NCBI GenBank assembly: GCA_026625185.1
Contig: CP113000.1
Span: forward strand, 1,065,622 to 1,097,621
Length of the DNA: 32,000 nt
From: Thermodesulfobacteriota bacterium
Lineage (GTDB): Bacteria; Desulfobacterota; WTBG01; JAGOGO01
Direction: 5' to 3'
Numbering within the stretch: position 1 is the stretch's first letter; each line of letters begins with the position of its first letter. Of this stretch, positions 1 through 12,465 are shown piece by piece. Under the pieces are notes generated by a model. The model saw nothing but the letters and a program-made list of their open reading frames with translations, did no database searches and was not told the DNA's origin. The position numbers were made by a program, and so were the translations under genes.

Positions 1-1196
1 CCTGATTTTCGAATCAAAGAGATTACTGCATCCAAATTATCAAGCGCTTTTTTAAGACCCTCTAAAATATGGGCTCGCTCCTCAGCCTTGCGGAGCTCAA
101 AAGCAGTCCTGCGATGAACCACTTCCTTTCGGTACCGGACAAATTGTTCCAGCATTTCTTTTAAGGTAAGAAGCTTTGGCTGACCCCGGACAATAGCAAG
201 CATGATCACCCCAAAGGTGATCTGCATCTGGGTATGCTGATAAAGTTGATTGAACACTACCTGGGCAATCGCATCTTTTTTCAGTTCGATTACTACTCTG
301 ACTCCGTGGCGATCCGATTCATCCCTGAGGTCTGCTATCCCGATAATCTTTTTATCCCGTATCAATTCGGCAATTTTTTCCAGAAGTCTGGCTTTGTTTA
401 CTTGGTAGGGAAGCTCTGAGACCACAATGCTTTCGCGGTCTCCCCCCTTCCTTTCAATAAAGGCCCGGGCCCGAAGCCGGATGATGCCTTTGCCGGTGGA
501 ATAAGCTGCCTTAATTCCTCCCCTCCCATAAATAAAGGCCCCGGAGGGAAAATCCGGCCCGATCACGTACTCCATTAGTCCGGCAATGGAAATATCCGGG
601 TCTTTGATTAAGGCGATAAGGGCGTCAGTTACTTCAGAAAGGTTATGGGGTGGAATATTGGTAGCCATTCCGACCGCAATCCCTGATGAACCATTGATAA
701 TGAGCTGGGGAATGCGGGTAGGAAGGACCATGGGTTCCAGCAAGGTTTCATCATAGTTTGGAGAAAATTCAACGGTCTCCTTGTCAAGGTCTTGGAGCAT
801 CTCGCCCGCTAATGGCGTCATCCTTATTTCCGTGTACCTCATGGCAGCCGCAGAGTCTCCATCAATGGAGCCGAAGTTTCCCTGGCCGTCAACCAAAGGA
901 TACCGCAGGGAAAAATCCTGGGCGAGCCGCACAATGCTATCATATGCCGCGGCATCACCATGAGGATGGTATTTTCCGATCACGTCGCCCACGATCCGAG
1001 CAGATTTTTTGTAGGGCTTATTCCAGGTATTTCCGGTATCGTGCATGGCAAAGAGAATTCTTCGGTGAACCGGCTTAAGGCCATCTCTAACATCAGGCAA
1101 AGCCCGCCCGATGATAACGCTCATGGCATAATCCATATAGGACCGCCTCATTTCATCTTCAATATTGACCGGGATTTTTCGTTGATCGACAAGCAT
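1..1196 (-). CDS. gyrA: DNA gyrase subunit A, N-terminal ~398 codons (gene continues past the left edge)
   Basis: My own minus-strand translation from the ATG at 1196 reads [51 protein letters not shown]...[23 protein letters not shown]...[16 protein letters not shown]. This is the canonical GyrA N-terminus and catalytic region. GGAG lies 9 nt upstream. The gene is absent from the ORF track only because it is open at the window edge. Confidence 0.95.
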   Translation of the reverse strand, partial: MLVDQRKIPVNIEDEMRRSYMDYAMSVIIGRALPDVRDGLKPVHRRILFAMHDTGNTWNKPYKKSARIVGDVIGKYHPHGDAAAYDSIVRLAQDFSLRYPLVDGQGNFGSIDGDSAAAMRYTEIRMTPLAGEMLQDLDKETVEFSPNYDETLLEPMVLPTRIPQLIINGSSGIAVGMATNIPPHNLSEVTDALIALIKDPDISIAGLMEYVIGPDFPSGAFIYGRGGIKAAYSTGKGIIRLRARAFIERKGGDRESIVVSELPYQVNKARLLEKIAELIRDKKIIGIADLRDESDRHGVRVVIELKKDAIAQVVFNQLYQHTQMQITFGVIMLAIVRGQPKLLTLKEMLEQFVRYRKEVVHRRTAFELRKAEERAHILEGLKKALDNLDAVISLIRKS

Positions 1197-1398
1197 TGAA
1201 AATTTCTCCTTCATGAATGACAGCTTCGTAAACAGCTCATCTGCGGCGTTCCGCTGCATCCTCAGTCACTGCGGCGTACCGGTAAGTACGCCTCATTCCC
1301 TCGGATTTGCGCGCCTTGCATCTGGAGCTTTTTACTGTGCCGTCTGATTTACGAGATCATCATTTTTTCTTTCAGTACCAAACAATGCTCTTTTGCTT

Positions 1399-4697
<3,299 letters not shown>

Positions 4698-4705
<8 letters not shown>

Positions 4706-5474
4706 GGGGATTTCTCCTTTTTGCGATAATCTCTCGAGCCAATTCTAAATAACATTGCGCCCCTCGAGAGTTTTTATCATAAAAGTATGCTGGCTTCCCA
4801 AAGCTGGGGGACTCGCTTAAGCGAACATTTCTGGGAATAATAACCGTAAACACCCGATCATTAAAATGCTTTCGGATATCTTGGACAATAAGATGGGAAA
4901 GCTTGTTCCTCACATCAAACATGGTAAGCAGTATCCCTTCCATAGCCAAGCCTGGGTTGAGCCATTTTTTTACTCGTCGCAAGGTTTCGAAAAGGTGAGC
5001 GAGCCCCTCCAAAGAATAATATTCACACTGAACCGGAATAAGAACCGAATCCGCGGCAGTTAAAGCATTTAAGGTCAAAAACCCCAAGGAGGGCGGACAG
5101 TCAATCAGGATATAGTCGAATTCTGAGCGAACCGGTTCAATAAGGTTGCGGAGCCTTTTTTCTCGATTAGGTAAATTTACGAGTTCTACTTCTGCGCCAA
5201 AAAGGTCAAGGTGAGACGGGATGACTCGTAAGCAAGACACCTCGGTGGAGTAAATTACTTCTTCAACCTTAAGGCCATCAAGAATGGCGTGGTAAAGATT
5301 GTTTTTGATTTTGTCTTTACTTAAGCCAACACCGCTCGAGGCATTCCCCTGAGGGTCAGCATCAAGTAAAAGGGTGCTTTTTTCACTCAAAGCCAGAGAG
5401 GCTGCTAAGTTTATCGCCGTGGTTGTTTTACCAACCCCGCCTTTTTGGTTGGCAATACAAATTACTCTCGCCAT
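4698..5474 (-). CDS. parA: Chromosome partitioning ATPase ParA/Soj
   Basis: Deviant Walker A motif (ICIANQKGGVGKTTTAINLA), plus DCPPSLG and other ParA motifs. The track ORF starts at TTG 5513. I prefer ATG 5474 (MARVICIANQKGG...) because AAGGA lies 4 nt upstream and the length then matches typical Soj. Confidence 0.93.
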
Positions 5475-5891
5475 TTTTCCTTGTAATTTAATTATTGCGG
5501 GGGTGAAGGACAAATGAGCAAGATGGACTATTGCTTTTAGTATTTTTTAGAGAAAGGTACTTACCCTTTCTCATATAAGCAATCCCATTAAAGGGCAAGA
5601 AGGGAAACGCATCGTTTCTTCATTTTGTCCACAGCTTACCATTAAATAAAACTAATAATTACAATTAATGGCAAGAACAATTTTTTTAAAAAAACCGATT
5701 GAGACTTTTATAAAAAAATATCACATTTTGGAAAAATTCGGAAGAAAATTTATCAAAATTAACAAATAAAATTTTATAGGGACAAAAAATTTTTCGCCCC
5801 TACTATCTTACTATTTTTTAGGTTGACGTATTCCGCCTGTCCCATTGAAAACCGTCTCGCAAAAAGGACTTACAACAAAAAATCTCCCCCA

Positions 5892-5907
5892 TGTTTCACG
5901 TGAAACT
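5892..5907. promoter_or_regulatory. parS: parS centromere-like site (ParB binding)
   Basis: TGTTTCACGTGAAACT matches the widely conserved 16-bp parS palindrome TGTTNCACGTGAAACA at 15 of 16 positions. It lies immediately downstream of rsmG and upstream of parAB. Confidence 0.8.
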
Positions 5908-5917
5908 TTAGAAGTGA

Positions 5918-6562
5918 TTATCCAAAGATAATGATGGTTCGCTGTTTGTTGGTAAATGGGAGAACAAACTTCTCAAGGTGTTTTAGGGAGATGCCCCAGC
6001 GGAGGAACTTGGGTTCAACTGCCTTCAATTCATTTAAAAAATTAGGCCCTTTCATAGCGATAACGATCCCTTGTGGGTTTTTGAGGGCGAAAGCGAGAGG
6101 TAAAAACCTTTCTAGCGGAGCAAATGCTCGTCCGATGCAGACATCATATCGATGATCTGAAAAATCACGGCCCAATCGTTCCTGAATAACAACAATGCCC
6201 CTTAAGTCGAGCAATCTTACCAGATAACGCAAAAACAAGATCTTTTTTAAAGAAGAATCCACCAGGGTAACGGAGAGATCAGGCCTGATGATTTTTAAGG
6301 GGAGCCCGGGGAATCCTCCGCCTGAGCCTAAATCGATTAAACTGCTTTTCGAGGGAATAAACCTTTCCGGGATGAGTGAATCAATAAAGTGCTCAATAAA
6401 AAACCTTTTTCTTTCAGTTATCCGGGTAAGATTTATTCTTTTATTCCATGCGATGAGTTCTTGATAATACGTTTCGAATTTTAGGCCAGCTTCTTCCGAG
6501 AGAGGGATGGTTAACTTTTCAGAGGCTTGGATAAAAAAATCCGGCAGGGTATTCTTTGACAC
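5918..6562 (-). CDS. rsmG: 16S rRNA (guanine527-N7)-methyltransferase RsmG/GidB
   Basis: 214 aa with the motif YYQELIAWNKRINLTRI and the SAM-binding DLGSGGGFPGLPLKI, in the conserved position upstream of parAB. It has a GTG start with no obvious SD, so the start is uncertain. Confidence 0.9.
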   Translation of the reverse strand: MSKNTLPDFFIQASEKLTIPLSEEAGLKFETYYQELIAWNKRINLTRITERKRFFIEHFIDSLIPERFIPSKSSLIDLGSGGGFPGLPLKIIRPDLSVTLVDSSLKKILFLRYLVRLLDLRGIVVIQERLGRDFSDHRYDVCIGRAFAPLERFLPLAFALKNPQGIVIAMKGPNFLNELKAVEPKFLRWGISLKHLEKFVLPFTNKQRTIIIFG

Positions 6563-6588
6563 AAAAGCTTAGAAAAAAAGGTTATTAG

Positions 6589-7536
6589 TTAAATTTTGAT
6601 ATCAATATAAGCATTAGTTCGGAGTTCTTGGATCCATCCTTGGAGCTTATCTCCCCTTTTTTGTTGGAAAAGGTAATTTGCAATTGCATCATGAACATCC
6701 TCAATCTTTCTTGTTTTCTCCTCCGAACGTTCCAATACTCGAATAATGCAATATCCCTTATCGGTATTAATAACATTACTTATTTCACCCGGTTTTAAGG
6801 TGAAGGCATCCCGATCAAGCATATTCAACAATTCCCCTTTGTTATACGTACCAACATCACAGGAGGTGTTAATTCCAGAAATGTTTAATTCCTGGGCAAC
6901 CTTTTGGAAATCTTCCCCGGCTTTTATCTTCTTAAGTGATTCCTCTGCGCTTTGTGAAATGGCTTTTTTCTTTTCCGGGGTTGCCTGATCAGGGAAAGGG
7001 AAGAATATCTGTTCAAGCTTTACTTGGGCAGGTTCGAAAAAATCACCGGGGTGTTTTTGATAGTAGTCTTTAATTTCTTCTTCACTTACACTTATCTGTG
7101 ATTGAAGCATTTGAGAAATAGCTTGGTTTCGTCTAATTCCCTGGCGGATTTCATTACGGTATTCCTCCCAGGTAAGCCCCTGTTGGCGTAAAACATCTTT
7201 GAGTTGATCATCGGTTATTCTATTATTCTCTTTAATGCCTTGTATCATCTCGTCGATTTCTTTTTCGCTGACCTTGGTTGACATATCCTTGGTCGCCTGG
7301 TCAATGAGTTTTTGATCAACCAGTTTTTCAAGTATCTCTCGATAACGGGATGGGTCAGCATTGGAAAATTGTACTTGGGCTACCCGGAGAAGCTCAGAAA
7401 GGGTAATAATCTCATTATTAACAACCGCAACGACTTCATCAACAACCTCAGCCCGGACAGAGAAAGAAAGCATCATTAAAAAAATACTTAACAAAAAAAT
7501 ATGGCTATTGACTCGATTTTTTTTTAAATTAAACAT
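6589..7536 (-). CDS. Periplasmic SurA-like chaperone / parvulin-type peptidyl-prolyl isomerase
   Basis: Signal peptide (MFNLKKNRVNSHIFLLSIFLMMLSFSVRAEV), a SurA N-terminal-like helical region and a C-terminal parvulin-like segment (KAGEDFQKVAQELN...GELLNMLDRDAFTLKPGEISNVINTDKGYCIIRV). The track starts at TTG 7545; ATG 7536 is more plausible. Confidence 0.8.
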   Translation of the reverse strand: MFNLKKNRVNSHIFLLSIFLMMLSFSVRAEVVDEVVAVVNNEIITLSELLRVAQVQFSNADPSRYREILEKLVDQKLIDQATKDMSTKVSEKEIDEMIQGIKENNRITDDQLKDVLRQQGLTWEEYRNEIRQGIRRNQAISQMLQSQISVSEEEIKDYYQKHPGDFFEPAQVKLEQIFFPFPDQATPEKKKAISQSAEESLKKIKAGEDFQKVAQELNISGINTSCDVGTYNKGELLNMLDRDAFTLKPGEISNVINTDKGYCIIRVLERSEEKTRKIEDVHDAIANYLFQQKRGDKLQGWIQELRTNAYIDIKI

Positions 7537-7585
7537 GGTGCTCAAGAAAAAAGTTTAAATTTTTATTAAGCTGTTTTTGCTGCTC

Positions 7586-7680
7586 CCCGTTAGAAAAGCC
7601 CCGCTTGCCGGTTAGATATCAACTAGCTAACGCGGGCTAAAGCGCGTGATAAATGCCCCATGTGAAAGCCTTCTAACGGG
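7586..7680. repeat. Nested GC-rich hairpin element
   Basis: A perfect 10-bp outer inverted repeat, CCCGTTAGAA (7586-7595) paired with TTCTAACGGG (7671-7680). It encloses inner pairings GTTAG (7611-7615) with CTAAC (7627-7631) and CCCGC (7600-7604) with GCGGG (7632-7636). Non-coding, between the mfd stop and the PPIase start. Confidence 0.4.
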
Positions 7681-7688
7681 TTTACTCT

Positions 7689-7828
7689 TATGGGCGTGTT
7701 GCCCAAATAACAATTAAGGTTATTAAGTCATGCTGAGCTCGTTTCAGTATCTAATAAAATCAATAGGTTATGAGATCACGAATCAAGTTCAGGGTGACAC
7801 AAAAAGATTTGGGCAACAGACCCTTATA
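7689..7828. repeat. MITE-like long palindromic element
   Basis: Terminal inverted repeats GGGCGTGTTGCCCAAAT (7692-7708) and ATTTGGGCAACAGACCC (7807-7823) match at 15 of 17 positions. Each is flanked by TTAT (7688-7691 and 7824-7827). The interior is a second imperfect palindrome, GTCATGCTGAGCTCGTTTCAGTATCTAATAA versus the reverse complement of TTATGAGATCACGAATCAAGTTCAGGGTGAC, with about 22 of 31 positions matching. Confidence 0.5.
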
Positions 7829-7867
7829 AATTGACCATCAAAGTGCTATTTAAATCATGTATTCGTT

Positions 7868-10800
7868 TTATTGTAAAACCTTTTTTACTTCACCAATTAC
7901 TTCCTTCCAGGTATGTCCCTCCGGAAAATTAATAATTAATCTATGGTCGGGGGTAAATTTAACTTTATTTTTGTACTGCTTAATCAAATGCAGAACTTTT
8001 TCGAGAGAATTTTCTGCTTCAGGATGAAAACTGAGAATAATTTCTTTATCATTAAAATCAAGACTGGTAACCAAGTATTTGCGTAAAGCCGGTTTTATAT
8101 TAGAAACAACTAATAAATTATTGACCACCTCCGGCAAAGGTCCAAAGCGATCGCGCAGTTCATTTTCTAAATTTTTTATTTGATCATTTTCCAAACCTAA
8201 GGATAGGCTTTTATAAATTTTTAACCTTTGATGAATATCCGGCACATAGTCTTCCGGAAGATAGGCCGATACTTTTAAGCGAATCTCCGGGTCAACATCA
8301 GGAGAAATTTTCTCTCCTTTGATCTCCTTAACTGCTGACTCAATAAGCTGATAATAAAGCTCAATTCCCACTTGCGACATATGACCGGATTGAGAGAGGC
8401 CCAGGATGTTTCCCCCTCCCCTAAGCTCCAAATCTAAGCTCGCCAGACGATAACCCGATCCCAGCTCACTAAATTTCGCAATTATTTCAAGCCGCTTTTT
8501 AGCCTTGCCGGTTAAATATGGTTCTTTGGGAATCAAAAAATATGCATACGCTTGGTGACTTGAACGGCCAACTCTTCCCCGGAGTTGATAAAGTTGAGCC
8601 ACCCCTAACCTGTCTGCCCGGTTGATGATAATAGTATTGGCATTGGGGAAATCCATTCCGGATTCGATAATTGTCGTACAAAGGAGAAGATTTATCTCTC
8701 TTTGGTGAAAAGCCCACATCACCTTTTCCAATTCCTTCTCTTCCATCTGGCCATGAGCAACAGCCAGACTGGCCTCAGGGACAAGTTCTTTTAGATAACT
8801 GGCCAAGGTTTCAATATTTTCTACCCGGTTATGGATAAAAAATACCTGCCCGTTTCGCATAAATTCTCTAATAATTGCTTCGCGAATTATAGTACCGTCA
8901 AAAGGAGCAATAAAAGTCCTTACCGCCAGCCTGTCTTCGGGCGGGGAATTGATGATGCTTAAGTCTCTGATTCCCAGAAGAGAAAGCTGAAGAGTACGGG
9001 GAATCGGGGTCGCGGTAAGCGCTAAAACATCAACCAGCGCCCTTAGTTTTTTAAATTTTTCCTTGTGTCTCACCCCAAACCGATGTTCTTCATCAATGAT
9101 GACCAGGCCTAAGTCTTTAAAACCAATATCCTTCTGAATGAGGCGATGCGTCCCAACGACAATGTCAACTTTGCCTTCTTTGAGGTGGTCAATGATCTCC
9201 TTTTGTTCCCGATGGGTTTGAAAACGGCTGAGCATGCCAACGTTAACGGGAAAATCCCGGCACCGATGAGCAAATGTCTGATAATGCTGATAAGCCAGAA
9301 TAGTGGTAGGCACCAATACGGCTACCTGCTTATTGTCCAGCACTGCCTTAAACGACGCCCTGAGGGCTATCTCGGTTTTTCCATAGCCTACGTCTCCACA
9401 GATCAACCGATCCATGGGACGCTGGCCTTCCATATCCTTTATTACATCTTCAATGGCATTTGCCTGATCTCGGGTCTCTTCATACTCAAACCCGGTCTCA
9501 AATTCCTGATAAAGTGGACCTCGGGGGGCGAAGGAGTATCCTTCTAATGCCTGGCGGACAGCATAGACTTTGAGAAGTTCTTTGGCATGAGCCATGATCG
9601 CTTTCTTTACCTTGTTCTTGGTAGTTAGCCAGGCCGTTCCTCCCAGTTTGTTAAGCACGGGGGTAACTTCCTCCTCCCCGCCCCGAAATTTTTGGACCAA
9701 GTTAAGCCGAAAAGCCGGAACGTAAAGCCGATCCTGGTCCCGGTATTCGATAAGAAGAAAGTCATTTCTGTTTCCACCCACCTGGAGGGGATGCAGTCCT
9801 TTGTACTGGCCAATCCCATAATCAACATGCACCACAAAATCTTCAACGTGAAGGTCATCAAGACTGGAGATAGGATCGCCCTCAATTTGTTCAATCTTTT
9901 TCCCGTGAGAAAATTTTTCTCCGAATACCTCCCCTTCAGTCAGCACAACAACCCGGTCAGCATTCGAGCGAAACCCTCTTTGGATTTGGCCCAAGGTGAG
10001 AATCAATTCTCCTTTTCCTGAGCTACCATGCGCCGGAAAGGAAAAATCTTCGCTCATAGTTATTGGCAGTCCATAGCCATCAAGGAGGTCCTGGAGTCTT
10101 TTCATTTGGATATTGGAATACATCACCAGGACAATTAAAAAATAATCATTAAGCCAATCTTTTATTTTTTGGGCCAGCTTTGCTAACGGCCGGCTCCGGC
10201 TTTTTATTTCCATTATCTCTCGGAAAAGTCCTTGATTGTCAGACGTGGAGAAGGCAACCGAGTTTTCTCCAGGACGAAAGATTTCGAGCGAATCGATTGA
10301 TACTTTTGTAACCAGGGCTAAGGTTTTGTTTGTTTGTTCAGGAGTGAGGTAAAGTTTTGCGCCTAAGCTCGAAATTTTTTCTTCTTCCCGGGCAGAGGCA
10401 AAGTCCCGTGCGATTCTTTCCGCGTAATCAGCAGTTCTTTCTTCCCAATCAGAAACCCCATAGAACCACACGATGGCGTCATCAGGAAAATACTGGAAAA
10501 GGGTTCCCGGGGATTCATAAAACAACTCCAGAAGGAAGGATATACTCTGGAAGTGACCTTCTTCTTTTATTTTTTCTTTCACGATCCTTCGAAGGCGAGG
10601 CGGGATACTTTCCTGCTGATAAAGACGTTCGATCAGTTCCAATGCCCGGGTTTGGGCCAATTCATCAAGGATAATTTCTGAAACCGGAAGAATATAAACC
10701 TCTTCCTGGTTAGAGATCGATCGTTGGGTTATTGGGTTAAACCAGCGGATAGAATCAACCGTATCACCGAAAAATTCTAAACGAATTGGAGAGGCACATA

Positions 10801-11380
10801 ACGGTGGGAAGATATCCACTATTCCTCCGCGGACACTAAATTCTCCCCGTTCTTCCACCAGGGGCACATTGCGGTATCCGCTAATCAATAACCGCTCCAA
10901 TAAAAATTCACGATTAATCGGATCATGACGCTTTATAACGATAATGGATTTTTTTAGGTATTGAGGGGGAATGCAGTGCTGCATTAGGGTTGGAAGCGGC
11001 GCAACCACAATCGGAAAAGCTTCCTGTCGCTGTAAATGAAAAAGGCTTTCGATCCGCGCAATCACTTTTTCCGGGTGAGGATCAGCGGTATCGTAAGGAA
11101 GCGTTTCCCAGCCGGGGAAAAAAAGAACCGGCCGATATTGAGCTTCATCTTTGCCCAAAAAAAACCGCAGTTCGCGACACGTTTCTTCCGCCTGGTCGTT
11201 GTCAGCGGTAACGACCAGGAAACTTCGCGCGATTGCTGAGGCAAGGGAGCTTAAAAGAAAGGGGAAAAAAGAACCCTGCGCCCCCGAAAGGTTGATCTGT
11301 TTTTTCCCCTGTAAAATAAACTTTTTTAGTCTTTCAAAAGACCTTTTCCCTTCATTGGGATGGTGAGATTGACCGTCCAT
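7868..11380 (-). CDS. mfd: Transcription-repair coupling factor Mfd
   Basis: An ~1170-aa ORF with a UvrB-homology N-terminus, an RNAP-interaction/CarD-like region (DFVVHVDYGIGQYKG), superfamily-2 helicase motifs (GDVGYGKTEIALRA, DEEHRFG, TATPIPRT, QLYQLRGRVGRS) and a TRG-like region. The track start is GTG 11407, which overlaps the upstream gene by 26 nt. ATG 11380 lies 1 nt after that gene's stop. Neither has a clear SD, so the start is uncertain. Confidence 0.95.
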   Translation of the reverse strand: MDGQSHHPNEGKRSFERLKKFILQGKKQINLSGAQGSFFPFLLSSLASAIARSFLVVTADNDQAEETCRELRFFLGKDEAQYRPVLFFPGWETLPYDTADPHPEKVIARIESLFHLQRQEAFPIVVAPLPTLMQHCIPPQYLKKSIIVIKRHDPINREFLLERLLISGYRNVPLVEERGEFSVRGGIVDIFPPLCASPIRLEFFGDTVDSIRWFNPITQRSISNQEEVYILPVSEIILDELAQTRALELIERLYQQESIPPRLRRIVKEKIKEEGHFQSISFLLELFYESPGTLFQYFPDDAIVWFYGVSDWEERTADYAERIARDFASAREEEKISSLGAKLYLTPEQTNKTLALVTKVSIDSLEIFRPGENSVAFSTSDNQGLFREIMEIKSRSRPLAKLAQKIKDWLNDYFLIVLVMYSNIQMKRLQDLLDGYGLPITMSEDFSFPAHGSSGKGELILTLGQIQRGFRSNADRVVVLTEGEVFGEKFSHGKKIEQIEGDPISSLDDLHVEDFVVHVDYGIGQYKGLHPLQVGGNRNDFLLIEYRDQDRLYVPAFRLNLVQKFRGGEEEVTPVLNKLGGTAWLTTKNKVKKAIMAHAKELLKVYAVRQALEGYSFAPRGPLYQEFETGFEYEETRDQANAIEDVIKDMEGQRPMDRLICGDVGYGKTEIALRASFKAVLDNKQVAVLVPTTILAYQHYQTFAHRCRDFPVNVGMLSRFQTHREQKEIIDHLKEGKVDIVVGTHRLIQKDIGFKDLGLVIIDEEHRFGVRHKEKFKKLRALVDVLALTATPIPRTLQLSLLGIRDLSIINSPPEDRLAVRTFIAPFDGTIIREAIIREFMRNGQVFFIHNRVENIETLASYLKELVPEASLAVAHGQMEEKELEKVMWAFHQREINLLLCTTIIESGMDFPNANTIIINRADRLGVAQLYQLRGRVGRSSHQAYAYFLIPKEPYLTGKAKKRLEIIAKFSELGSGYRLASLDLELRGGGNILGLSQSGHMSQVGIELYYQLIESAVKEIKGEKISPDVDPEIRLKVSAYLPEDYVPDIHQRLKIYKSLSLGLENDQIKNLENELRDRFGPLPEVVNNLLVVSNIKPALRKYLVTSLDFNDKEIILSFHPEAENSLEKVLHLIKQYKNKVKFTPDHRLIINFPEGHTWKEVIGEVKKVLQ

Positions 11381-11381
11381 T

Positions 11382-12143
11382 TTAAATACACTTTTTAAGC
11401 CACTCACGCGCTGCGTTCATGGCCGCTTCATTTAACCGAAGGCGGTGACCTCCGTTTTTAATAATTGCAAGCGCCTTGGGATCAAGCGCTTTTTCATAAA
11501 GCCGATAAGCATGTTCAACCGGAACAACATCGTCCTGGTCGCCATGGATGATAATCTTGGGTTTTAACATCAGGTTGTCTACCCAATTTTCCGGCCTGAG
11601 CAGGTGAAAACCTTTTATCCAGGCTGATTTGTCAAAAGGAAAACCGGGGGTTTTAATAATACCGATATCTCTGCAGTGTTGCAGGTACGCGTCAATTCCT
11701 CGATCTTTTAAAATAGAATTAAAATCAGCTGGACAGGCACAGAGGATTACTCCCGCAATCGCTTTGCTTTCGTGAGCACAGGAATAGACCGTTACCGCAG
11801 CTCCAGCGCTAAAACCAAAGAGCACAATCGGAGAAGAGCCGTTATCGAGCGAAACAACATAGTCCTTCACTCCCTTTAAATCTTCAGCCCATCCCCGCAG
11901 GTCAAAATCCCCGGTGCTTTCACCCGCGCCCCGAAAATTGAATATCACCGCCTGGAACCCGTCTTCGCCCAACTCCTGAGCCAGGCGAGCGTAACCGGGA
12001 TCGCCCGGGTCTTGATTCCCGCCGGGTATTCCATGGCAAAGAATTATTATTCCTCTATTTTTTTTATATTTTTCAGGAGGATAAAAAAATTTTCCCTTAA
12101 TATGATTTTTGTCAATCAGAAGATCAAAATCATCCAATCGCAT
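11382..12143 (-). CDS. Alpha/beta-fold hydrolase (serine hydrolase, substrate unknown)
   Basis: 253 aa with the nucleophile elbow GFSAGA, a candidate acid in HGDQDDVVP and a candidate His in NGGHRL. The spacing is typical of alpha/beta hydrolases. Confidence 0.8.
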   Translation of the reverse strand: MRLDDFDLLIDKNHIKGKFFYPPEKYKKNRGIIILCHGIPGGNQDPGDPGYARLAQELGEDGFQAVIFNFRGAGESTGDFDLRGWAEDLKGVKDYVVSLDNGSSPIVLFGFSAGAAVTVYSCAHESKAIAGVILCACPADFNSILKDRGIDAYLQHCRDIGIIKTPGFPFDKSAWIKGFHLLRPENWVDNLMLKPKIIIHGDQDDVVPVEHAYRLYEKALDPKALAIIKNGGHRLRLNEAAMNAAREWLKKCI

Positions 12144-12326
12144 AACTCCCTCGAAAAGGTTAAGTAATAAAAAAAATCTCAGTAATAAATAATCTATTTG
12201 GCGACCATAGTAAAGGTTATAGGAATTTTTTTTAACGGTATTTTTTGCCGGGAAAAAGCAATAATTTAATAATTTATTTGGAAAAAGTTCTTATTTTTAA
12301 TATAACAAAAGAATTCCTCTAAAAAT

Positions 12327-12397
12327 GTCATTCCTGCAAAAGTAGGACTCCGGGACTAATCGAAATTACTGGACTCCCGCCTTAGCGGGAGTTACAA
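12327..12397. repeat. Degenerate GC-rich palindromic intergenic element
   Basis: The sequence is GTCATTCCTGCAAAAGTAGGACTCC...GGACTCCCGCCTTAGCGGGAGTTACAA. The second half forms a perfect 8-bp hairpin, ACTCCCGC/GCGGGAGT with loop CTTA (12373-12392). The first half is a decayed copy of the same stem. It sits in an otherwise very AT-rich divergent promoter region. Confidence 0.45.
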
Positions 12398-12465
12398 ACT
12401 GGGAATTATTAGAGGTGTCCATAAAAGTATTATTTACATAAGATGAGGGATACAGGTAAAAAGCA

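Noticed and set aside
234-1199. Plus-strand track ORFs (234..419, 758..1078, 781..963, 960..1199)
   Set aside because: They lie antisense to, and entirely inside, the unmistakable gyrA reading frame on the minus strand. Their products are low-complexity with no motifs.
5625-5926. Calling oriC outright from DnaA-box-like sequences near parS
   Set aside because: There are only two isolated 8/9 matches (TTGTCCACA and TTATCCAAA), with no cluster and no adjacent dnaA. I kept this as a low-confidence hypothesis that needs GC-skew and PWM analysis.
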